Origin: Chiloscyllium plagiosum | Taxonomy: Eukaryota | NCBI RefSeq assembly: GCF_004010195.1 | Contig: NW_025215056.1 | Location: 7,789-60,941 of the forward strand | DNA length: 53,153 nucleotides | Reading direction: 5' to 3' | In this document: in pieces, positions 39,376 through 51,723 of the stretch | Layout of the letters: every line of letters begins with the position of its first letter | Numbering within the stretch: the first letter of the stretch is position 1 | Notes under the pieces: model-generated | Told to the model about the DNA's origin: nothing | The model's input: only the letters and a program-made list of their open reading frames with translations | Database searches by the model: none | Program-made: the position numbers and the translations under genes

Positions 39376-40134
39376 TGTTATGAAGCCAAAAACATGTATG
39401 GGCACTTGAAGACAGATCGGGTTTTGTTGAATAGAAATTAAAGCCACAGATGCCAGCTAAAGGTCACACGGTTCCACATGTCACCATTAGCTGAGAAATG
39501 GATACCTGAGTTTTGGTTGCTGTTTTGACAGCAATTCAAATGCAACCAAAGAGTTTAAATAACGCTCAGGATACCAGAAACCAACAGAATTTGAATATTA
39601 TTGTTTGGACACCTGGACAGCAATCAAATTATGAGAATTATTGCATCATGGGGAGTATATAAACCCAGCAGTTTGAACACTGGAGGGAGAGCTGCAGCCA
39701 TTCAACAATAAAGCAACTGCTGTAGAGCAGGAGTGCTAACTGACCATCTCAAACACTCTCTATCAAAGACACATGTTCATGTAAACCTACTTGCAATAAA
39801 AACAAAATGACCCAGGGAGATCAGCAGCTGAAAGAGTGAACACAGAGGGGAAGATAGAGACTGTATGGTCTTGAGATTTTAATGTTTCATATGAGGGTTG
39901 TTGGAACAGCATATTTTTACAGAGTTGGAGTCAGATAAAAAGTAGCTAAGAAAAGAGGGTCTTGTATTTGTGAATATTTGTTGTTTAGTGTTCACTATTA
40001 AAGTTAAGAAACTAACTTGATAATTTTTGTTTAAATAGTGGAATGTAGGAGATTTGTATCGCTCATATTTTAACAGATTACAAGGTGAGGCGAGCTTTTC
40101 TGGGTGTTTGCGTTTAATTAACAGAGGGGTTCGA
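39376..40134 (+). repeat. 3' LTR (truncated by a CR1 insertion)
   Basis: TG start directly after the PPT, TATATAAA at 39656-39663, AATAAA downstream; end matches the 5' LTR remnant. Confidence 0.85.
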
Positions 40135-40139
40135 GTACA

Positions 40140-41225
40140 CCTTGCAAATGTCCTTCCACGCTAACCCCATTTCCCTGCAGTTGGCCCATATGCTTCCAGT
40201 CCTTTCCTATCCACATATTTATCCAAATGTTTTTGAAATGTTGTTAATGTACCCCCCTCAGCCACATCTGCTGGCAACTCATCCACGTACCAGCCTTCTG
40301 TAAAAAGAAGTGGCCCCTCAGGTTCCCTTTTATTCCTTCCCCTTTAACCTTAAACTGATCCCCTCTAATCCTCGATTCTATACACCTTGGAAAAAGACTG
40401 AGAGCATTAACCCTATCCATACCCCTCGTGATTTTATACAGCTCTATAAGGACTCCCTCAGTCTCTGACACGCTAAAGAAAAGGTCTTAGCTTGTCCAAC
40501 CTCTCCCTATTCCTCAGACCATTGGGTCCTGGCAACGTCTTTATAAATTTCTTCTGCACTCTTTCTCATTTAATAACATCCTCCCCATAACAAGGTGACA
40601 AAACTGAACACAATACTCCAAGTGCGGCCTTACAAAATTCCTTGTAACTGCAACATAAGGTCCCAACTTCTATACTCAATATCCTGCCTGATGAAGGCCA
40701 ATGTGCCAAAAGCCTTCTTCACTGCACTGTCTACCTGTGATTCCACTCTTAGAGGACCGTGCACCTGAAAACCAAGGTCTCTCTGCCCACTGCAGCCTTT
40801 AAGACCCTCCCATTCACCATGAAACTCCTACCTTGATTTGAGTTTCCAAAATGCAAGACCTCACGCTTCGTTATTAAATTCCATTTGCCATTTCTCGGCC
40901 CATTTCACACCTGATTAAGGTCCTGTTGCAATTTCTGATAAACTTCCTCACTGAACATGCTCCCAATTACTTTAGTGTCACCTGCAAACTTACTAATCAT
41001 ACCTTGTACATTCTCAACCAAATCATAGATAACAAACAGCAATGGACCAAGCCTCCAGTCTGACAAACATCCTTCCACTCAACCCTCTGCTTCCTACCAT
41101 CAAGCCAACTGTGTATCCAATTGGCCAGGTCCCCCCCGCATTCTACGAGATGTAACCTTCCTGAGCAGCCTGCCATTTGGAAACTTATCAAAGGCCTTAC
41201 TGAAATCCATAGAGACTACGTCTAT
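40140..41225 (-). mobile_element. CR1 LINE 3' part
   Basis: DVVSMDFSKAFDKFP, WIHSWLDGRKQRV and GVLIELYKITRGMDRVN...LRGHFF. Confidence 0.92.
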
Positions 41226-41891
41226 NNNNNNNNNNNNNNNNNNNNNNNNNNNNNNNNNNNNNNNNNNNNNNNNNNNNNNNNNNNNNNNNNNNNNNNNNNN
41301 NNNNNNNNNNNNNNNNNNNNNNNNNNNNNNNNNNNNNNNNNNNNNNNNNNNNNNNNNNNNNNNNNNNNNNNNNNNNNNNNNNNNNNNNNNNNNNNNNNNN
41401 NNNNNNNNNNNNNNNNNNNNNNNNNNNNNNNNNNNNNNNNNNNNNNNNNNNNNNNNNNNNNNNNNNNNNNNNNNNNNNNNNNNNNNNNNNNNNNNNNNNN
41501 NNNNNNNNNNNNNNNNNNNNNNNNNNNNNNNNNNNNNNNNNNNNNNNNNNNNNNNNNNNNNNNNNNNNNNNNNNNNNNNNNNNNNNNNNNNNNNNNNNNN
41601 NNNNNNNNNNNNNNNNNNNNNNNNNNNNNNNNNNNNNNNNNNNNNNNNNNNNNNNNNNNNNNNNNNNNNNNNNNNNNNNNNNNNNNNNNNNNNNNNNNNN
41701 NNNNNNNNNNNNNNNNNNNNNNNNNNNNNNNNNNNNNNNNNNNNNNNNNNNNNNNNNNNNNNNNNNNNNNNNNNNNNNNNNNNNNNNNNNNNNNNNNNNN
41801 NNNNNNNNNNNNNNNNNNNNNNNNNNNNNNNNNNNNNNNNNNNNNNNNNNNNNNNNNNNNNNNNNNNNNNNNNNNNNNNNNNNNNNNNNNN
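41226..41891. other. Assembly gap (N run)
   Basis: 666 Ns. Confidence 1.
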
Positions 41892-42115
41892 CCGCCCTAC
41901 ATAGAGAACACCAGGCTGTGTTCGTGGAGATGGAAGATGCCTTCTTGAGACTTCACACAAGACATATGGCTTCCCTGCTCACCACTAGAAAACCACGTTA
42001 AAGTCCCACATGTATCATAAGCAACAGAGCCATGAAGAACAACGTGGCACAGTCTGTCTGGGCAGCCTCTGGCTCACTTGTTCATCATGTTAGAGCATCA
42101 ATTAGGTGACACTTA

Positions 42116-42234
42116 AGACTGCCGATGCTGGAGATCAGAGTAGAGCATCAATTGCTGGAAAAGTACAGCGGGTCAGGCAGCATCCGAGGACCAGGAGAAT
42201 CGACGTTTTTGGCATAAGACATTCATCAGGAATC
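42116..42234 (-). mobile_element. Solo PLE terminus with decayed hammerhead
   Basis: GACTGCCGATGCTGGAGATCAGAG...GAATCGACGTTTTTGGCATAAGACATTCATCAGGAAT; minus strand CTGATGA...AAAACGTC. Confidence 0.75.
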
Positions 42235-42401
42235 AGCAAAAATTTCCTCATTCTGCCCCCGTGTAAGTGCATTGAGGTGGGAATGGCCTCCTGCTTTTCC
42301 TGTGAAAGTGACTCAAGGGAGTGATTGGCTTTGACCTCGCCCGACTGAACAGGGCCAAGGGCCTGACTGGTTGCTGTTTGACAGCTCATCGTTCTGACCA
42401 G

Positions 42402-43043
42402 TGTGACAATGCTGCAGCTTTAAGAAGTTATTTTGTCCTGGTTTGTTTTAAGAGAGAGATTGAACGATCGTTACCAAGCTGGCTAGTTAAGACTACTTGA
42501 GTAACAAATCGGGAGGCCTTGTGTTTATTTTAATGCAGCCTGAATGGGTGTGGCCAGCTCTCACAGATTAGGATCTCTGGGTTTTGGTTTCTCTGCAACA
42601 TCAGAAACTATTGGGGTCTCCACAGAGTTGGAAGCTTCAGTGAATGTCTCCTGGCTGCTACTCACTCTGAATTTTCTCTTGATGCTGTTTTCAATCCCTG
42701 GATTGGAGAAATCTTTGTGACAATCTGTGTCAAAATATTTCTTTTTGACAAGGGTTGTGTTTATGGGATTTCCCTATATTGGAACAGTCCATTAGTAATA
42801 GTTCCGAGATTTATTATTCTGTTAACTTGTCCAATGGAATTACGTTATTCTAAATTCCTCTTTCTTTGGTTTCATTTTCTCTTTCCTGTTTAAGTAGATG
42901 GTGTTTTGCTTCACACCGAGTCGTTTGACCAGTCACATTGCATCTGGAACACACACTTTACATTTCCTTTAAAATAAGAAAACATTAGAGTCAAGGCTAC
43001 CGCCTTCAAATATTTTCGAGGGGCTCTGGTGTGGCCCATCAAA
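42402..43043 (+). mobile_element. Possible solo LTR
   Basis: About 640 bp, starts TGTGA, contains CTTTAAGA as in the other LTRs, T-rich body; termini degenerate. Confidence 0.3.
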
Positions 43044-43189
43044 CTAGACTCCTTCTCTTCCTGAGTAATAGGCTGGAGGCACTGAATAGGCTGTCCCTCT
43101 TCTTCTCCAATAGTGTCAATGGGCTGAATGACTTTCTTTTATTCCTGTGAAATTAGCGTGAGGAGCTGAATGAACTCTTATTTTATTGT

Positions 43190-43640
43190 GGCAATGTGCA
43201 GTGTCAGGCAGTGCTTTTACGTGAATGTTACGGACCCTTTAACAGCACAAGCCTCAATGGAGTCCGGGTCTTGAGGCACACAGACCAGTTCAGGAGCTGA
43301 CGGGGGACAAGAAGTTCTGAAAATTGTGGAATCTTCAGTGACCATCCCCACTTCTAATCTTTTCGTGGGGAGGGTGAGGGTGGGAGACATTGATGAAGCA
43401 GCTGAAGCTGTCTGTGAAGCGGAAGCTACCCTGAGGATCTTCCACAGAGGTGACCCAGGACTGAGATGATGAACATCTTCCTTTGTGCCATGTTTGATTC
43501 CAAACACTGGGGAGTTTACTCTGATTCCCATTAAGTCCAGTTTTGTTCAGCTCCTTGATGTAAACAGAAGGCAACCTTGATATCAGGGCCAGTCATTTTT
43601 ACCTGAACCCTTGTGTCAACCTCTTTTATTCATATCAATA
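43190..43640 (-). mobile_element. Fragment of the second LINE family RT
   Basis: GIRVN...LEVGMVTEDSTIF...QDPDSIEACAVKGSVTF parallels 29160-29470. Confidence 0.75.
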
Positions 43641-44519
43641 GGCCATGGCATAGGCGCAGCAAGTGTTTTCTTCAAACAGGTCGTATTGAATGTCAGGATA
43701 TCTGTTCTCAAGAGTGTTGGGGAGCTAGATGACTGAAAGTACTTGAAGAGGAGGTAGATAGATATTGACCTGTCAGAGAGTTGAGAGCTATGAAGAATTG
43801 GGTATGAAAGACGATTTGAGACCAAGAGCAGATAAGTCATGATCTTAGTGAAGGACAAGGCAGGCTTGGGGGGTGAACGGCATGCCCCTGTTTCTGATGT
43901 TCTCCAATTCTGTTACTGGAAAGTTAGTGGGTGTTAATTTCATTAAGGTTGTGTTGTTGAATATTGAAGTCAGGAAGAACAGATGATTTTGTGAGACATC
44001 TCTAGGTGAGTATATGGGCTTTATTCACAGTGAATCTGGGTCTACAGCATGACCAACGAATGAAGCACAAGTTGCAGAGGGGAAGCTCTGTAAAGAGAGA
44101 TGAGGGGCCTCTTTCATACCCCTGCCTGGATTTTCCAACAGCATTTCCCAAATCACTTCAAAGCGTGTGCGACAGTCTTGAGAGGCTGAATGGTCTCCTC
44201 TGTTTCTGTACAACAGGTTATAGGAGTAAGTGGCCTCCAACCTCTCCTATCTAGCAGGTATGCGGGGCTGGATGGAATACAGAAACATGGGACTGAGGAG
44301 CAGGAGTGGGACATTAGATACTTTGAGCCTTTTCCACCAAGCACTAAGATTGTGGACTCAGCCCCACATTCTTGTCTGTATACTATTACCCGTGACTCAC
44401 TTCCCTGTCAAATATTTAATTAAACAGCTTTCAATCCATGTGAACATAGAGGCACGATAAACTTCCAGTGAAGAGAATTCCCACTTGAAAGGTCCTTTCA
44501 GAATATTTCGCTATCCCTC

Positions 44520-45965
44520 TTATAGAATCTGACAGTCATGCAGAACGGAAACAGACCCGTTAGTCCAATCTGATAACCCCGATCAGATATCAAATCTGCT
44601 CCGGTCCCATTTGCCAGCATTTGGCCAATATTCCTCCTTTTTCAGATACTTTTAAAATGTGCGATTGTAGCCGCCTTCACCACTTCCTCTGACAGCACTT
44701 TCTGTACACACACCACTCTCTGTGTGAAACATTTACCTTCAGGTCCATTCTAAATTAATCGCCCTCTCATTTTCACACTATGCCCTCTTGTTCTGGACTC
44801 CCCTACCCTGGGAAGCAGAACGTGGCTGTTCAGAATATCTATGCCCCTGATGATTCTATAAACCTCTATCATGTCACCCTTCAGCTTCTGAAACTCCAGG
44901 GGGAAACACCTTAACCTAGTCAACCTTTCCCTGAAACTCAAACCTCCAGTTCTGCAACTGAGTTGTACGCAGTATTGCCTCACCAACATCCTGTACAGAT
45001 ACAACATACCACCACAACTCCTATACTCAATGCTCTGACTGATTAAGGCAAATGTGCCAAATGTGTTCTGCACCACACTGACGACCTGCGACCCCACTTT
45101 CAAGGAACAATGTACCTGCAGCCCTATGTCCCTTTGATTCACAACACAACCCAGGAGCACACTGCTGCTCACAAACCTCCAGTCTGAAAAATATCCCTCT
45201 TCCTTCAAGCCAATTGTGACTAGCTTCCTTTGTATCCCTTGTGACTGAAACTTACTAATCTGTCTACCAATTAGAATGAAATGCTGTCTATGAAGAGAGG
45301 CTGAGTAGGTTAGGTTTATTTTCACTAGAAAAAAAGGGACTTGATTGAGGTTTACAAAATCATGAAGGGTATAGATTGGATGGATACAGACAAGCATTTT
45401 CCCAGGGTGAGGGATTCAATAACGAGAAGTCGGGCTTTCAAAGTGAGAGGTGGAATGTTTAAGGGGGATACACGCGGTAAGTACTTCACACAGAGGGTGG
45501 TGGGCGATTGAAACACGTTGCTAGCAGAGGTGGTCGAGGCAGACACGGCAGATTCATTTAAGATGCGTCTGGACAGATGCATGAGCAGGTGGGGAGCAGA
45601 GGGATACAAATGTTTAGGAATTGACCGACAGATTTAGACAGTACATTTGGATCAGCTCAGGCTTGGAGGCCGAAGGGCCTGTTCCTGGGCTGTAAATTTT
45701 CTTTGTTCTTTGTTCTTTAAATGTACACCTTGCTGAAGTCCATATAGACAATGTCACCCAAACTGCCTTCATCAATCTTCTTTGTGACGTCTTCATAAAA
45801 CTTAACGAAATTAATGAGACATGATTTCCCATGCAGAAAACACGTTGTCTACCCCGATCAGCCCTTGCCTTCCCAAATGTATGTAAACCGTGTCCCTCAG
45901 AATCCCCTCCAATAACTTACCCACCACTGACATCAGGCTCACCGGTCTATCGTTCCCCGGCTTTT
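44520..45965 (-). mobile_element. Deleted CR1 LINE (minus strand) hosting a + strand CR1
   Basis: GKSCLINF..DIVYMDFSK (45725-45830); KLKGDMIEVYRIIRGID and 3' UTR toward 44520. Confidence 0.85.
45273..45718 (+). mobile_element. Younger 5'-truncated CR1 with (TTCTTTG)n tail
   Basis: SYEERLSRLGLFSLE, DLIEVYKIMKGID, FTQRVVG; tail TTCTTTGTTCTTTGTTCTTT. Confidence 0.9.
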
Positions 45966-46232
45966 TGGGTCACTGTTTCCTTTTTGTCGTCCCACTCCTC
46001 CACTGCTCACAACAAATGTTAAATGTAACCAGGTTGGTGATGTGGCCGATGATATTGGTCTTAGACTGGGTCAGGGTCAGTTTTAGGAACAAGTCAGACT
46101 AGTTTCTTTAATCTGCTCAAATAGCACGTTTGTGATCCAGAGCAATGTTACTCAAACTATGATGGAAAGATGAATGGCAAACTGTTTGGGTATTTCAAAT
46201 ATATAATCAATATTTCCCTTTCTAAAAATGCT

Positions 46233-46233
<1 letters not shown>

Positions 46234-46297
<64 letters not shown>
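46234..46297 (+). repeat. (AC)n microsatellite, about 32 units
   Basis: Direct read. Confidence 0.99.
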
Positions 46298-46298
<1 letters not shown>

Positions 46299-46528
46299 GA
46301 TAAAGAAAATCTCTGCAATTTTAACTTGAGAGAACTTTGCCCAGATATTATTGTAACTCGTGACAAAAGGAAAAATTGAGAGATTGTCCAAAACGTTATT
46401 CTGCTTCTGAAGATATTGTACAGCTGCTAGCAATGGGATTTCATCCTGGCAGAGTTGGATTTGGCTGAATTCCCTTTGCTTTAGGCAGTGAGGAAATTCC
46501 AATGAAATCTGGTCAGGGATTACCCAAA

Positions 46529-46836
46529 GGGTAGCACGGTGATTAGCACTGCTGCCTCACAGCACGAGGGACTTGGGTGAGATTCCAGCCTTGGGTGACT
46601 GTCTGTGTGGAGTTTGCACATTCTCCACTTTTCTGTGTGAGCTTCTAATGGGTGATCTCATTTCCTCCCACATACAGTGTAGGTTTGGTGGAGTGGTCAT
46701 GCTAAATTGTCTGTAGTGTTCAGGGATATCTAGGTTAGGTGCATTCGTCAGCGGAAAATATAGGGGAATGGGTTGGGAAGGTGGGTATGGATTTGTTGGG
46801 CCGAAGGGTCTGCTCCCACACTGCAGGGATTCTATT
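46529..46836 (+). mobile_element. HE1-type tRNA-derived SINE (elasmobranch)
   Basis: GGTAGCACGGT..TTAGCACTGCTGCCTCACAG head, GTGTGGAGTTTGCACATTCTCC V-domain-like core, CR1-like tail GGGCCGAAGGG. Confidence 0.85.
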
Positions 46837-47269
46837 AAAATAAGAACGGTAACGATGACTGTCGAGATTTTTTTTAGCGCGCACATATTGCTGTGTTGAG
46901 GAACAATGAAGGAGTGAGAGTGCAATAGGTCGTTCGTTCTCAGGCAGATTACATATTCTCCCTCTCTGAGCTGAATCACACAGGAATGTCATCCTCTCCC
47001 AAACTGGACCATGAGCGCTCTCCTTGTACATTGTCCATACTGTGTCTCCGTCACATTCCCTGCTCCATGTAGGTGCATCATTGCTGCTGTCATGCACAGA
47101 ACCATACCCTTAGCAGAAAATGGTCTCGGTCAATTTGAAATATATTTGCATAGCCCTGCGTCATTAAAACATAATTTTTTTTTATTTATTCAGAATGCCT
47201 GTGTAAAAATGAATGCATTTTTTAAAGAAATACAGAAATTGCTCGAAAAAATCGGCAGTTCTGTCAGCA

Positions 47270-47490
47270 TCCAGATGTCTTTTACATGCTGTAGTTGTAC
47301 CCGCCTCCAACACTTGCTCTGGCAGCTCATTCTATATGCACACCACCCTCTGTGTGAAAAGGTGCCCTTAAGGCCTCATCAAAACCTTTCCCCCCTCAGT
47401 TTCAACCAATGACCTCTAGTTTTGGGCGTCCCTAACCTGGGGAAAAACCCTGACTACTCACCCTATCCATGACCGTTCTGATTTTATAAA
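47270..47490 (-). mobile_element. CR1 3' fragment
   Basis: CACCACCCTCTGTGTGAAAA...CCCTATCCATG...ATTTTATAAA, matching the other minus-strand CR1 ends. Confidence 0.75.
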
Positions 47491-48489
47491 GCTTTACTGC
47501 TGCGAAATGTAACTCCAATCAACACGAATATCTGTACTTTCAGTTATCCCGGGCCTGAATTCTGAAATGCATTAGTGACACTTCTTCCTTCTCCATCAAT
47601 TCACAATTTTCAATCCATTGAAATCAGTTTGTTTAGATATATCACGAGGTACATTTGTAAGCTTTACACCTAGACCTTTGTGCCCGGAGGTAGGGACACT
47701 AACATCACTCAGCAATACCCATAAAGCTGTAACAGTATTGTCCTGTGTGTTTGTTCCTTAGCCTGTTCTGACACGCTGTGACATACCTCTGCAACAGGCA
47801 GGACTTGAATCCAGGCCTTATAGTCCAGAGCTAGGAACACTACCACACAAGTTCAGGAATTGTAATCAAATCCAAAGTTCTGGCTCAGAGACAGGGACAC
47901 GACCCACTACACTATCATACCCAGATTTTAAGTCATATTTTAGTGCCCATTTTCAGCTCGGCGTGGATTTATTATAATCAGGTTACCATTACTGAACTAC
48001 ACAAAACATTTTGTATTGTTAAGTAAATGCAAGATATTTGTCTCAACTGTAGGATGTTGAGTGTACGTGCTGTGCCATCGAAATTAACTATCATCATCTT
48101 TAATCGCTATTATCTGTAGTCTGCAATATTAGGGAAAGAAATCTTGCAGTCACACTCTGCCCAATGAAGGGTCTCAATCGTTATTTATTACTGAACACCA
48201 GAGATGAAGGAAGAGCTAAATTTCTGGTCCCAAAACACCGATCACTCTTACCCACCACTAACGTGCGACTGCCCTCTTCCTAAAACAATGAATTGACACC
48301 AGGCCACTGTTTACTATCCAGTCTCTCCTCCTCCCTGACAGTGTCTGCAATCTGTCCCTCCTCCCCCTAACCATAAAAGGCAAACCAAGCTCAGGGTTTT
48401 TGTGAAAATCAAGGCCGGAGTGTGCAGGCCTCCTGGAGAGGGATGGGCATTTTAAAATTGAAAGAGGAGGGTGAGGTGGCAGTGATATC

Positions 48490-49325
48490 ACACACTGGGC
48501 TGAGGGGTGGCAGATGGAATTTAATTTGGATTAATGCGAGGTATTGGATTTGGTAAATCAAACAAGAGCAGGACCTATACAATTGGCAGTGTTGTAGGAC
48601 AGAGACCTAGGCCGTCAGGTATAATTATTTGTAATTTGCATCTCATACAGATAGTGTGGTTAAGGAGGTGTTTTACACATTTGTCTTCATTGGTCAGACC
48701 TTTGAGTATCGGAATGGGGACGTCATTTTGAGGTTGTACAGGACATTGGTGAGACTCTTCTGGAATATTGTGTCCAGTCTGGTCACCCTGCCCACTCATT
48801 CCATAGGCACACCACCCTCTGGATGAAAAAGCTGCCCCTTCGGTCACTTTTAAATGTTTCCCCTCTCACCTTCAACCTATGTCCTCTAGTTTTGGACACC
48901 CCCGTACCCTTAGAAAATATCTAGACTATTCACTTTGATATTATTGACCTTGATATTATTAAGCTGGAGAGGGTTCAGAAGAGATTAACCTGGATGTTGC
49001 TGGGAAAGGAGGGAGTGAGCTATAAGGAGAGGCTGGGTCGGTTGGGACATTTTGCACTGGAGAGTATGAGGTTAAGGGGTAAATTTACAGAGGTTTATAA
49101 AATCATGAGGGGTACAGCTGAAGGGCTGATGTCTTTTCCTTCGAGGTGGGGATTCAAAACTGAGGGATATTTTAAGGTGCGAGGAAAAACGATTTACAAA
49201 AGTCACGAGAGGTAATTATTTTAGACAGAATCTGGCTTGTGTGTGGAATGAACTTCCAGAGCAAGTGATGAAAGCAGGAACAGTTACAATGTTTGAAGGA
49301 CATTTAGATCAGTCCATGGATAAGA
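48490..49325 (+). mobile_element. CR1 3' fragments with an internal inverted CR1 piece (~48795-48935)
   Basis: WQMEFNLD, LEYCVQSGHP and SYKERLGRLGHFALE...EVYKIMRG. Confidence 0.85.
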
Positions 49326-49520
49326 CATCAGTTTGGATGGTGCTGTGAGCAGCTGCCCTCTCCCTCCCCCTCTCTGAATGAATCCCTGTTTGTTTTCACC
49401 CTCTGCCAATGCTGGTGCAGTGGCGTGTGGAGGCCAGCAGAGGGTAGCATTGCATCACTTTAAGCACCAGAGAGACCGCCAGACCTGCCCCACAGAGACA
49501 CCCAAGATACACACACGGGA

Positions 49521-50260
49521 ATTATTAGGGCACGGCGTGAAGCTCATCTGGTAACTTAAATGAAACAACTTAAATGCTCAACTCACCTCGTAAACTATTA
49601 AAATCTGAGTGACAGAGAATTCCCAAATTCCACTGTTTTAATCAAAACATCAATTTATTTTATAACTCTGAAAGTGAACATTTTACATCAACTGTTCAAA
49701 ACTCTGGGACCCCCAATCTCTTTAACCCCACTCCAACTCTTTAGCAATATACTATTTCAATAAGACACTTATTAAAATTACATCATTTAATTTCAAAACC
49801 ACACAGCAGCTGTTGTTTTCGATGTTTTCTTTCGGTCGTGGATCTCCCTGGGTTATTTTCTTCCTTTTTACTGTGAATATATTTCATATTAAAATGTACC
49901 TTTGATAGGGATTATTTTCCAACTTCTTGGATCTGTGTTGATGGCAGTTGCTCTGTTTGCAATTTTCAAAATGCCTGCATTATTAATATCCACAGCATCG
50001 GATCATTTATCTTAAACCAATAAATACAAACTTGATTTGGTTTTAGCTTCCTGGGACATAATTGAAACTAATTGGTAATATTCGAATTGTTGTCGAAAGA
50101 GCAACCAACTCAGGGATCTATTTCAAAGCCAAAATTTCAGTTGCCCCTTGATACGCTGGGTCTGCCATCCTCTCATATACACAGAAGCTTGGAAGCTCTC
50201 AGTTCAGAACAGTATTCACTCTCTCTTAAAGATATAGTACACACTTCCAAATTCATAACA
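49521..50260 (-). mobile_element. Solo LTR related to the Gmr1-like element
   Basis: Minus strand starts TGTTATGAA (as at 39376); minus strand of 49560-49660 (AGTGGAATTTGGGAATTCTCTGTCACTCA...GAGGTGAG) matches 34449-34510 and 40037-40095. Confidence 0.8.
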
Positions 50261-50484
50261 TTAATACCATGATGTCAATGAAGATAAGCAGAGCATATCC
50301 GGAGTTCTCTTGCCCCATGGTTTGTTAATATTTCATTCACTGTGTCTGGTTGGTGTCAGGATTTTTGTTGGTCTGTTGACAGCATTCGACTCCCTCCGTG
50401 GGAATATATCAGTATTTCACTTGCTCGCACTGGTGTGTGTGGGGCGGGATTTCAGTTGTTTCTTGGGGACTGTGGCGCTATGAA

Positions 50485-50775
50485 AATCTGAGTGTCTGTA
50501 AATGGCACCAAACCTGGAAGAACTGTGAAGTCTTTGGAGGATAGTGTGGGACTCTAACAGGACACTGATACGTTGGTGTAGTTTTCGGGCAGATGGGGAT
50601 CAATGCAGAGCAGTGTGAGGTGATGCACTTTGGTAGGAAGGACAATGCAAGACAAAATAAAACAGGCTGTACCATTATAAAGGCGGTGCAGGAGCAGAGA
50701 GCACTGGGTGTATATAAGCACAGATTGTTGAAAATGTCAGGATAAGTGGGGAGAGCAGTAACTATCACAGGTTAG
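50485..50775 (+). mobile_element. CR1 RT fragment
   Basis: INAEQCEVMHFGRK...VQEQRALGV. Confidence 0.75.
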
Positions 50776-51027
50776 TTTCAATATCTGAGCTGTTTACAGG
50801 GGGAGGTGTAGGAGGGAGTCTCAGTGCTGCCTTCCTGGGAGGTGGTGGTGACGATGTGTTGTGAGCCCACCCTCCTGCCCACCGAGATCATGGGGATTCC
50901 ATTTGTACCAGCTCGACACAAAAGGGAGATGGCATTAGGGCCACAGCTTCTAAGTTGTGGGTGGAGGAAACGGAGCTGCCAGTGGGTGTAAAGTGAGAAT
51001 TGTCCTTCACTGAACATTGCTCCTTAC

Positions 51028-51723
51028 TCGGTCGGTGGGACGTGGATGTTTCAGAATCTCCACACGAGGCGTCCTGGTCCTCTCCAGCTCGTACCAGGGT
51101 CCTCCCACATGGCGGGGGGAGAGGGTGAGGGAACGGATATCGGGCACTCCACCACCCGGCTTGGCCCCTTCTGTCCTATTTCAGACTGCTCCTCCTGGAA
51201 AGGGAGAAAGGGAGGGAGAAAGGAGGGTGGGAGTGGGTGGCTCTGCTGTTAGTGCTGGAGGAGGTGGGGGACAGGTTCATGGTGAGGGGTCCGGGGGGAG
51301 TCAGTCCACAGTGTTGTATCCATGCAATGTTATTAGTGGAGGGGGATAAAGTGAGGGAGAGAGAGAGAGAGAGAAAGAGAGAGACAGACAGGGACAGAGA
51401 GAGAGAGAAGTGGTGGACCATGAGCCTTGTTCGGGGGTCGTTGCTATAACAGATGTACAGTGAGTGTGAGGGAGCAGAGACAATACAGTGACCCTTATCC
51501 TGACAGAGTGGGGAAGGTTATTGATGCTTGTCCTCTATTGCTGGATATTTCCTCAGTCCGCAGATACTGCGCTGAGCTGGGTGGTGAGCTCAGACCATGC
51601 TCCGTGGGTCTAGTGGTGTGGCCCCCTCTGGGAAGAGAATGGTCCCCCTCTGTACTAGCCTGTCCACCAGGAACTCCGTGCTCCTGTCGACAAGCCATGG
51701 TGTAATTGCCCCTTATCTGCCAT
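51028..51723 (-). pseudogene. Spliced Myb/SANT-like DNA-binding protein pseudogene (PIF/Harbinger ORF-like)
   Basis: Exon 1 (51723-51499): MADKG/..STEFLVDRLVQRGTILFPEG../AWSELTTQLSAVSAD*GNIQQ*RTSINNL. Exon 2 (51194-51028), with canonical TTTCCAG acceptor and GTAAG donor: EEQSE/NRTEGAKPGGGVPDIRSLT../RTLVRAGEDQDASCGDSE. Confidence 0.7.
51350..51408 (+). repeat. (GA)n imperfect microsatellite within intron 1 of the Myb/SANT remnant
   Basis: Direct read. Confidence 0.9.

Larger units (their letters stand above)
34426..40134 (+). mobile_element. Decayed Gmr1-like Ty3/Gypsy LTR retrotransposon (gag-PR-IN-RT-RH)
   Basis: Partial 5' LTR (34426-34560) aligns with 40015-40134; degenerate tRNA-Pro-like PBS TTTGGGGCCTTGCC (~34562); PPT GAAGCGGGAAGA (39364-39375); 3' LTR starts TGTTATGA at 39376. 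Confidence 0.9.

Noticed and set aside
44750..45397. 215-aa ORF, the longest gap-free ORF
   Set aside because: A chimera of antisense and sense CR1 fragments, not a coherent gene.
46152..46502. CVCV/THTH repeat ORFs
   Set aside because: Translation of the (AC)n microsatellite.
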